A stretch of DNA of 58,438 bases, from NCBI RefSeq assembly GCF_001194135.2, contig NC_068984.1, forward strand, positions 91,432,968 through 91,491,405, given 5' to 3'. Shown here in pieces: positions 48,780 through 58,438 of this stretch (positions within the stretch are counted from its first letter, which is position 1; each line of letters begins with the position of its first letter). The notes beneath the pieces are model-generated. The model saw only the letters and a list, made by a program, of their open reading frames with translations, did no database searches and was not told where the DNA came from. The stretch is from Octopus bimaculoides (taxonomy: Eukaryota). Both the position numbers and the translations under genes were made by a program.

Positions 48780-49990
48780 TGTACATTTACAGGTACAGAT
48801 TAAAGGTACAGAGGGACAGAGATAGGTATCTTGCTGTAGATACAGGATACTCCACTTGGAAAGGAAAGGAGTGAGTTACAGAGTAAGATAAAAAGAATGA
48901 TAATGAAAGAGATGATGTTGAAAATATGTTGGGACATGCCCTCAAGGTGTTAATGATGAAGAACAGCACAGAAAGGAGGTCGTTGGTAGAGACAGAAAGC
49001 AGGGGAAGATAATGGGAAATGGTTTAGGGTGGGAAAGAAAGTTAACTGAGAAAGCCAAGGTGGGATGTAGTATGTGCCTATTCTGCTTTTAGATGATAGG
49101 GAAGTGATGGGTCAGAGAGGATGGGAGAGGGGAAAGACAAGGCCCTTCACAGACAAGCATTACCAAGGTAGTTTTAGGATATCAATTCTGCTGTGGTAGG
49201 TGAGTCTTCTTAAGTACAGAAAGGTGCCAAATATTTTGGTCCTTTGTCATCTTTGTGTAAGGCTCAGCGTCTTCAGACCAGCCGTCAATACTTTGTTCCA
49301 TGATTTCCTGGTTCTCCCTCTTCCACAAGTTAGATCCCCTTTAAGTGATCAGCACTTTTTATGCAACTGTCCACATCCATTCACATCAAATGACCAAACC
49401 AGTGCAGTCCTCTCTCTCTCTCTCGCACATTACATTTAATTCCTCTTATACCTAACTTTTCTATACACAGACATTGCACATCCAGCAAAGCATCTTAGCT
49501 TCATTCCACTTTAGTTGTCGCATGTCCTCAGTATTCAGGGCCCACATCTCACTACTATGTAGCATTGCTGTTTGTACACATACATCATACAACCTTCCTT
49601 TCACTTGGAGAGTGAGATCTTTGGTTACCAACAGAGGTAAAAGTTCTCTGAACTTTCTCCATCCTATTTTTATTCTAGAAATTACACTTTCAGTACATCT
49701 TCTTCCACTACTCATTAGGTCACCTAAGTAGCAGAAATTATCTATTAACTCTTGAGATCCTCTGGAATATTTGAGAAAATCAATTTTCTGTGTATTTGTA
49801 ATCTTTATGGTTCTTGTGCGTCTTCACACTACTTTCTCTGTTATTCTACTGTCCATTTTGTGTGTCTATGGCTTGCACTGGGTACACAAAATGGAATTCT
49901 AGTGTACACCTTTCCTACATATTGAGCAAGGCCATTTACCTGATGGGAGTAGGGCCTTGTCTATTTTCTTGCTTACTAGGACCTTGGTTT
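48780..49990 (-). mobile_element. RTE LINE 3' half (second subfamily) with PHD remnant, ORF C-terminus and UTR
   Basis: NLAKTKVL...GKWPCSICRKGV.*NSILCTQC..*TH; IGWRKFRELLPLL...MLHSSEMW; LHWFGHL...CGRGR. Confidence 0.85.
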
Positions 49991-50675
49991 TTGCTAAGTT
50001 CAAATTTTGTTTCCACACACACACATGCACGTATATACAATTTTTACACATACATATGTGTGTATACATATATATTTATACACAGACCCACATGAATACA
50101 TACATGCATATGTATGGTTAAGAAAGCAGTGTGGTTGAGAAGTTTGCTTCCTAAGTGCATGATTTTGGTTTCGGTCCCTCTTTATGGCATCATCAGTGTC
50201 TACTTTGGCCCAAACTGATCAAACCCTTATGTGAATGATTTTGATAGATGAGAACTGAAAGAAACTTGACTCAAATATATATATATTATATATTTATATA
50301 ATTAATATAAACAGCAGGTTGCAGTGTTTCACCAAAAAGGAGAATTATAATTGTCACTAAATGTGACTAAGGTGTTAAGAAACACTTACATTGCTAGAAA
50401 TACGGGCTAAAATGCTCTAATGCTGTGGTTAACGCACGTGAATGAAAATATACACTAACAGGGACCTGAATTGTCTGAAAAATGCTGATCGAGAATTCTT
50501 ATCTATATCTATGTATATATCAGTTTTATTAAAACTGCAAATCTTCACAAATTGTTTCTCAGAGTTTCACATTTCCATTCACCTTCCACCTCGTTTTGCA
50601 TTTATGTGCTTACTCATGTGTGTCTGACCCATGGAAGCATGGGGAAAAGTTTAAGTCGAAACAATGATGATATAC

Positions 50676-50898
50676 TTATATTCTTTTCTACTCTAGGTAC
50701 AAGATCCAAAATTTTGAGGGTGGGGGCCAGTTGATTAGATCAATCCCAGTATGCAATTGGTAGTTAATTTATTGACACTGAAAGGATGAAAGGCAATGTT
50801 GATCATGACAAAATTTGAACTTAGAACAACATAAAGACAGATGAAATTCCGCTAAGTATTTCACCCGGCATGCTAACATTTCTGCCAGCTCGCCACTT
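50676..50898 (-). mobile_element. Full-length tRNA SINE with 11-bp TSD
   Basis: Same family as 26788-27237. TSD tgatgatatac at 50665-50675 and 50899-50909. Confidence 0.85.
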
Positions 50899-51413
50899 TG
50901 ATGATATACATATGTTGAATAAATGATGGTTATGCTTCATTCATGCCAATTGTTCAAGGCCATTAGGTATAAGGAAATAATCTGGAAATAATGCGGCTTA
51001 TATCAGAACATTGGTTTTATGTTTGTTTGTTTGTATGTACACATGCATACACAAACACACACATCAGTATGGTCGTTGCTTAAGAAGTTTACTTTCCATT
51101 CACATAGTTTTAAGTTTAGTTCCACTGAACTAGGGGAGGTAATACATGAACTAGTTTTAATTTTTAAAAGAATAAAATAAATTGTGTATTGTTCATATAT
51201 ATATATATATATATATATATNNNNNNNNNNNNNNNNNNNNNNNNNNNNNNNNNNNNNNNNNNNNNNNNNNNNNNNNNNNNNNNNNNNNNNNNNNNNNNNN
51301 NNNNNNNNNNNNNNNNNNNNNNNNNNNNNNNNNNNNNNNNNNNNNNNNNNNNNNNNNNNNNNNNNNNNNNNNNNNNNNNNNNNNNNNNNNNNNNNNNNNN
51401 NNNNNNNNNNNNN

Positions 51414-51447
<34 letters not shown>

Positions 51448-51549
51448 TAAATTATAGGGTGCTGCTATTTCTAGCGAGTAGATGTCCTATTATAGGCGTC
51501 TCTGCATTTCAAATGAATATATATATATATATATAAAATATCTATTATA

Positions 51550-51899
51550 CAGGTGTGGCTATGTGGTTAAAAGACTTGCTTTCCAACCAAGTTTTCGTTA
51601 GATCATTCCCACTGCATGGACCTTGGGCATGTGTTTCCTATCACCCTGGGTAGCTGAAGTCTTGTGGATGGATCTGGTAGATGGAAACTGAAAGATTCCT
51701 GTTTGGGTGTGCTATTGTGACGATTGTAAATGAGCATCATGTTCATACAAGTGAAGTTGTTCATTTCCAACATTGTCACCTATAGGAATACATTATCTTG
51801 TTTGGAAACAGATAAGGGTTGGCAACAGGAAGGCCATCTGGCTGTAGAAAGTCTGACCCATGCAAACATGTAAAACTAAACGTTGAGTGATGATGATAA
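51550..51899 (+). mobile_element. Composite SINE: tRNA head, CORE-like body and RTE-type tail
   Basis: caggtgtggctatgtggtt...ccttgggcatgtg...ggaaactgaaag, then ggttggcaacaggaagg.catc...acccatgc...(gat)n. Confidence 0.7.
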
Positions 51900-52390
51900 C
51901 CTGTGGTATGTGTCCGGCTACTTCTCTTCCTTTTATATCTTCGCTTTCGCAAAGCTGGCATGAACATTATTCGTCTCCCTTCCAGTTCATTGCTTTACAG
52001 CGTTTAGCATACACATATTTTTTTCACGTCTGGCCGTATAGCCTTCCTTGTTTGTTTTCACTGTTTCGTTTTCCTGTTTTGTTTTCTGTCCACCACTACA
52101 TTCCTCCACGTTACAAATTTAATTTAAATTAAATTTAATTTGTGGTCCATGGGAAGAGCCATTCTAACAATGCGTCCTGCCCTAACTCTTCGAAACGCTT
52201 AGTTTTAGAATGGTGGCAGCTGATGAAGGAAATGTTCTCTATNNNNNNNNNNCTAACTCTTCGAAACGCTTAGTTTTAGAATGGTGGCAGCTGATGAAGG
52301 AAATGTTCTCTATGTGGCCTGTGTGTTTTCTGTATTCTGTTTATCATTTTGTTCACGTTTTTTTGCTATGTCCTGCACCCAGATATTCAT
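51900..52390 (+). mobile_element. CpG-rich repeat with hammerhead-like motifs (possible Penelope-type terminal repeat)
   Basis: ctcttcgaaacgc and ctgatgaagg motifs; 31-nt AT palindrome at about 52113-52143. Confidence 0.35.
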
Positions 52391-52919
52391 CTGTATATAC
52401 ATGTAGATGTAGGTATGTACATACATGTACGTATATACGCATATACTCATATATTGTTTGTATTGTATATATATATATAGATACCTAAATGTATGTATGT
52501 ATGTAAGTATATACACATATGCATGTGAGTTTATGTGTGTGTGTGTATATATATATATATGTATATATATAGGTTTGTGTGTGTATGTATCTGACCACTG
52601 AATACTAAAGGTCAGTTAAAGAATTTAACATGTGTAGCCATCTATGAAGAACAAACCAAATGAAATGCCAATCCCAGTCAAAACACACACCATGAAAAAA
52701 AATCAACTACTACTAAATTCAAACCATAACAGACAGATGAGATGGCCTTGAAGTTGACGATTTTTAACTAACACAGACAACACTCACATAGCACAGGGTA
52801 ATTCTGAAGGTGGTCAAGCTTTATACTGCACTCTACCACACTTTTAATGGACTATATCATAACTATATATATATGTACACACGCATAAAGTGTTTTTATA
52901 ATACTTATTTAGCAAGAAG

Positions 52920-53880
52920 GGTGTCAGCATAGTATTGTGATTAAGATGATCACTTCTAAACCTTTTACTTTTGTCCTATATCTTCTATTGTCTTCTATAG
53001 ATCTGGGCCATCCAGATGAAAACTGAAAGATGCCTATTTTGTATGTGTGCATATTTACAAAATATGCTGATCTACGGGTATGGATGGTGATACCATCATT
53101 TGTGAATATTTGCTGGTATCTCTAGGTTTTAGAATTTCCCTGGAATATAACTCCCTTACTTGAAAAACATGTAAGGTTAGGCAACTGGAAGATGCAATCA
53201 GCCCTTAAAAACCTGTCTCAGATTTATTTTCCTTAGAACCATACTAGGAGTGTGTGTATACACAAAGTGGATGTACACAAAGTACAATCATTGCTAGCGA
53301 TATTAGTGTGTGTCTGTGTGTATGTACGTATATATATTTATATATATATATATACACATACATACACATTTATATGTATATATTTATGCATATATATTAT
53401 ATATCCTGAGGTGCAAGCATAGTTGTATGGTTAAAAAGCTCCTTTTCCAACTACATGGTACTACTGTGCAGCATCTTAGGCAAGTGCCTTCTACAGTAGC
53501 CACTTGCTGAACAATACCTTGAGAGTGAATTTGCCAGATGGAAACTGTAGTGTGTGTGCATGCAAATGTGTCTGAATGATGATATTTCACTTGTAATCAT
53601 TTTCAAAAAATGGTGGTAGCATTCACATTCTGTGTTGACTGTATTGCTTCTTCTTGCGCATTTTCAAAATTCTGTGGAATCTATATGCATGTGTGTATGT
53701 AATATTTTAATGTCTGTATTCTAAAGTGGCATGGGTTAGAAGCTTGACAGGATCTGACATGTCCAAGGACCTCATCATACTCCAATGTGTGCTTTAGCAT
53801 AGCTTCAGTGGTCAGATCCTATTTCTACCACATTCCAGAGTGTACTGGTGTTTTTCTCCCTGGCACTAGCATTAGCCATG
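52920..53880. mobile_element. Cluster of decayed SINEs (+ at 52920-53230, + at 53405-53550, - at 53708-53880)
   Basis: CORE-like ttaggcaagtgccttcta and gaaactgaaag motifs; RTE-tail motif gcatgggtt. Confidence 0.55.
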
Positions 53881-54946
53881 TCACCATATAGTTTACAAGT
53901 CTAAGATCTTGAATGATTGAGTGAAGCTACAGCTGAGAGGAAGGTGGCTTTATGCTATGAGTTTAACAAATAAACAGTTTTACCAGCAATATACTAATAG
54001 CAGAAGAGTTCTTTTTAGCTTTCACAGAAAATATACTTATAATGTGAATTACTACAGTACATGTTTATGCATATACAGTTTGTGTCAATTGTTACTGTAC
54101 AGTAGGATGTTTTCAGTTTTATTTTTTAATTTTCCTCATCATCTTGGCACTGTCATCATTAGTCACTACCATAACTACCACCACCATTATCATCATCAAT
54201 GACAACAACTGAGTTGCATATAAAGTATGAGAAGTATATGAATAAAACTGCTTTGGAAATCCAGTGAATCTCAGTTAGGCATTCCTTGCACTTAAAAATT
54301 CAATTGTAATTGTGTGTGTGTACATGTACATGTGTATCCATGTTTTTTATTGTTCTTTTTTATTGCATCTTTTTTTATTATTCAGTAACTATTTTACATT
54401 TCTGATTAGAGTTCTATCTAATACATCTTAGAGAACACGTTAACAGTAGTGTAAATATCTTTGTTCTGTATGAGGATGCCAAATGTCTCTGTCCAAATAT
54501 TAATGATGAAGAAGTCCCTATTATTAGCTGCTGAGGAATTTATTATTATCTTTCACTGAATCATGATGTATAAACACGAAAGATATTTGTCATAGTTGCT
54601 ATAGGTTAATGAATCAAACTATTGTTTCTTGGTCTACACTTCTCTCTCCATTTAATTTCTTTTATCAAAATATATATGAGCCTATCAACTTTTCCAAAAT
54701 TTCATCCATTATCATGAATATAAGCAATCTTTTTAAAAAGTGTTTCCAAGAACAAGACTGTTTTTGAAAGTTTAACATTTTAAAGTTAACTAAAAAATAT
54801 GTATCTATGTGCGTTAACACCTGACCTTGTCTGGTCAACTGTACTCATCAGTGATATTTTTATGCATGTGTTTGTAATCTCATTTGCCTCATACCTTAAA
54901 CCATACACAACTATATATATCTATATCTATATATATATATAATATA

Positions 54947-55074
54947 AAGGGTGTCCACAAGGTCTGGGTACATGGAGTAAATTAAAATCATAACATAAAC
55001 AATGAAATATAAGAAATAATAATTTCTTAAAGTATGTGTTAATCCCCATGTACCCAGACTTTGTGGACACCCTG
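54947..55074. mobile_element. Tc1/mariner MITE, 128 bp
   Basis: 29-bp TIRs (a/c)agggtgtccacaa(g/a)gtctgggtacatgg match 27/29; TA flanks inside a (TA)n tract. Confidence 0.9.
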
Positions 55075-56249
55075 TATATATATATGTATATGTCAAACAT
55101 AAATTGAAAACAGATACATATGTAGGGTGGACAGATAAATGTGTGTATTATATAGTGTGTAATGTATACTTATATATATCACACACACACATGTATATAT
55201 ATGTGTTTTTATGATATATATATATACACATTATGTGTGTGTGAGAGAGAGAGGGGGGGGACACAGAGAGAGTTTGTATCACTTCTCTTAAAATTTGAAT
55301 CTTTTAAGGTTTTCATGCAAGAATCTCTTTTGTAGTTCATTGAAATGGGCTGGCACAGAAGCACTCCTAAGTTGCCAAGATACTCATGTGTCCTGAATGC
55401 TTGTTTGTCTTAATGCCACATTATATTTGTTTGTTATTCTTTGTTTTTGTTTCATTTTTCCAATATTATTTTATTTGCCTCTTGCCTTTTGTTTGAAAAA
55501 TATATTTTATAGTTTGTTGGACATTATTTAACAAAAGATGAAAAGACAAACATTATTTCAGAAAATTTATTTCATATACATATTCTGATAATTTTGTAGT
55601 TAATACTGTTATACAGATTCTATTGAAACTATATTGTTGAATATTCCAATCACTTCTCATCTCTTTCACACACATTATCTCTTTGTCTTTATCTTTCGCA
55701 TTTTTTTTTAGCTCTTTCCTATCTTTTTTTTCTGACTCCNNNNNNNNNNNNNNNNNNNNNNNNNNNNNNNNNNNNNNNNNNNNNNNNNNNNNNNNNNNNN
55801 NNNNNNNNNNNNNNTCTCATCTCTTTCACACACATTATCTCTTTGTCTTTATCTTTCGCATTTTTTTTTAGCTCTTTCCTATCTTTTTTTTCTGACTCCT
55901 TCTACTGCTATTGTTACTCTCTTTTCTTTACTTGTTTCTTGTTATAAACTAAGAAATTGTTTGAACAGTTTTTGCATCAATTGTAATTTTTATTTTTATT
56001 TATTTTTATTTATCATCATCTTCATCATCACTATCATAATCATCATTATAATTTTTTGTTTTGGTTCTTGATGCTTCACCCATAATCTTTTATTGCTGGA
56101 AGGAAGTAAGACAGTATAATATTAAAGTGATTATGGTCTGTTCATCAAATTATTGTGAAAAAAATATAAATATATAAATCCCAGTTGTCTTTTCTTATGA
56201 CAAACTTGCAAAGATTTTGACCAATTAATTGGTTTACTCTCACACACAA

Positions 56250-56420
56250 ATGATATTGTTGTGTCACACTTGTATTTTTTGAATTTTTGTAAATATTGTT
56301 GGTGATACACCTGTAAATTGTCAAACATTTGTAAATATTTTTGGTGTTACACCTAAATTGGTCAGCCATTTATAAATATTGTTGTATCACAGCAATATTT
56401 TCTGCCATTTTGTAAATATT
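56250..56420. repeat. 40-42-bp minisatellite, about 4 degenerate units
   Basis: Units start tgtaaatatt/tataaatatt at 56288, 56330, 56371 and 56411. Confidence 0.7.
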
Positions 56421-57355
56421 AAAAAAAAATGGAAATTTTTTTTAATGTAAATAAAAGAAAATTATGAAGATATTAAGCAAAGTTTTTGAGAAACAGTGCA
56501 CTGTCTGCAACTGGCTGCGTAGCAAAAGAAGTGTGGCATAATTTGTGCCTTGAAGATGAAAAGGCATACATACATAGTTTACAGAACACACACACACACA
56601 TGTATGTATGTATATGTATGTACACATACTTTTTTTCTTAATTTAAATTGCCAGAAAGTTACAAAAGGTATTTCCAGGCCAAGAGTTTCATGCATGGTAA
56701 GAAATTCTCAGCCTTTCAATCACTTTTGTAACAGCTAGTTAATAGAAAAATAAGTAAGTATATATATATTAATGTATTACATTCTGTTTCTCCTGTTTGT
56801 TCTACCAAAAGTATCTATGTATCTGTGCACGTATGTGTGTATATATATGTATATATGTGTGTGTGTATGTATAGTCATTTATATATATATGTATATGCAT
56901 ATATANNNNNNNNNNNNNNNNNNNNNNNNNNNNNNNNNNNNNNNNNNNNNNNNNNNNNNNNNNNNNNNNNNNNNNNNNNNNNNNNNNNNNNNNNNNNNNN
57001 NNNNNNNNNNNNNNNNNNNNNNNNNNNNNNNNNNNNNNNNNNNNNNNNNNNNNNNNNNNNNNNNNNNNNNNNNNNNNNNNNNNNNNNNNNNNNNNNNNNN
57101 NNNNNNNNNNNNNNNNNNNNNNNNNNNNNNNNNNNNNNNNNNNNNNNNNNNNNNNNNNNNNNNNNNNNNNNNNNATATATATGGACATATGTGTATGTGT
57201 GTGTGTATATATATGTACTTGCAGCACCCCAATGTGGCCACAGACTCAGGGCTGAAACATGTGTATGTATAGCGATTTGTAATGTATATATGTATGTGCG
57301 TATATATATTGATATGTAAAGTATATGTATATATGTGTGTGTGTGTGTGTATATA

Positions 57356-57564
57356 TTCTATTACTTGTTTCAGTTATTTGACTGTGGCCATGCTAGAGCA
57401 CTGCCTTAAAGAGTATTATTCGAAAAAATCAACCACAGGACTTATTCTTTGTCAGCCTAGTACTTATTCTATCAGTCTTTTTCGCTGAAGTGCTAATTTA
57501 AAGGGATATAAACACACCAGCATCAGTTGTCAAACGATGGTGGGGGGGGACAAAAATAGACATG

Positions 57565-57618
<54 letters not shown>

Positions 57619-57755
57619 CGATGGGCTTCTTCCAGTTTCTGTCTACCAAATCCACTCACAAGACTTTGGTCGGCCCAAGGTGCCATGCAGTTGGAATGAA
57701 CCCAGAACCTTGTAGCTGGGAAGCAAACCTCTTACCACACAACCACACCTGCGCC
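57356..57755 (-). mobile_element. Full-length OR-type CORE-SINE with an internal CA/TA microsatellite
   Basis: Reverse complement: ggcgcaggtgtggttgtgtggtaag...ggttc...caccttgggc...gaagaagcccatcg-(TA/TG)n-catcgtttgacaac...actgaaacaagtaa. Confidence 0.85.
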
Positions 57756-58314
57756 TATATGTGTATCTATATATGTATCTATATCTATTATATATATGTA
57801 TACAAACTTCTTACCACACAGCTATGACTGTGCCTATATGTATGTATATATATTATATATATATATATGTGTTATATGTACATATATATATTATATATAA
57901 TATGTATCATATGGTATAATTATAGACATCAAATTTTAGCCATTTCTCTGCAGACTGAAAATAAATGATGAACAACCTTAATCTATTTTCAAACCTTATT
58001 GGGTTCTCATAAAAGGCATCTATATCATTCTGACAGTAGAAGAGAATCAAGCAGCCACACTGTTTATACACTCAACAAATGAAGCAGTTACTCTATGACA
58101 GAGTCCCTAATTTGCATACTGAATCTCTTTAACACTATAAATACCAGCTGCCTGTCAATAGGAAACTTAGTCCACACAGTATCACTGTATGATATAATAC
58201 ATATGTAACATATGGAATAATTGTAAACAATGCAACTTTTAGCCATTTCCCCACCGACTGACAAAATGAAGAACAACGTTACTTGATTTTTGAATATATA
58301 AGGATATTATACGG

Positions 58315-58362
<48 letters not shown>

Positions 58363-58438
58363 GTATACATATGTATATATATTATATATATTTTATATAT
58401 ATATATATATATACATATGTATACATATGTATATATAT

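Larger units (their letters stand above)
35102..57174. other. Assembly gaps at 35102-35111, 43900-44459, 51221-51413, 52243-52252, 55740-55814 and 56906-57174
   Basis: Runs of N, mostly inside (TA)n tracts. Confidence 0.99.

Noticed and set aside
52182-52313. Apparent 60-bp tandem duplication
   Set aside because: Identical copies on both sides of a 10-N gap; most likely unmerged contig overlap.
55659-55899. Apparent 80-bp direct repeat
   Set aside because: Identical copies flanking an N gap; assembly artefact.
37939-57827. Many ORFs rich in YIYI/CVCV/HTHT or X
   Set aside because: Translations of microsatellites and N gaps.
58108-58145. Octamer ATTTGCAT near a TATAAATA box
   Set aside because: Both motifs arise often by chance in AT-rich DNA, and no downstream gene is visible.

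Overview
AT-rich, microsatellite- and SINE-dense animal genomic DNA. The repeat families and gapped scaffold suggest a coleoid cephalopod, most likely Octopus (inference). One large + strand gene dominates: a schnurri/HIVEP C2H2 zinc-finger transcription factor. I could join 9 coding exons with GT-AG boundaries and consistent phases: 13712-14137, 16319-20669, 21720-21872, 23107-23150, 24361-24492, 31226-31443, 31637-34999, 38531-38638 and 39563-39967. This gives 3,049 aa from the first in-frame ATG at 13762; the true 5' end is unresolved. The protein has the two canonical ZAS finger pairs and the acidic tract. It also has a remodelled version of the invertebrate Smad-binding finger triplet, three extra C-terminal fingers, an HMGA-like AT-hook, and about 28-30 (E/D)R(Y/L)SP repeats. 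Introns and flanks carry a near-full-length mariner, hAT, Tigger-like and Tc1-like MITEs, and many tRNA-derived SINEs. They also carry RTE LINEs with a PHD finger inside the reverse transcriptase, a CR1/Jockey-type LINE fragment, a Penelope-like element with about 380-bp inverted terminal repeats holding hammerhead relics, and an R4/Dong-like element with a twin-priming-type 5' inversion. There are seven N gaps, two with artefactual duplications. All family assignments come from reading motifs by eye; no database search was run.
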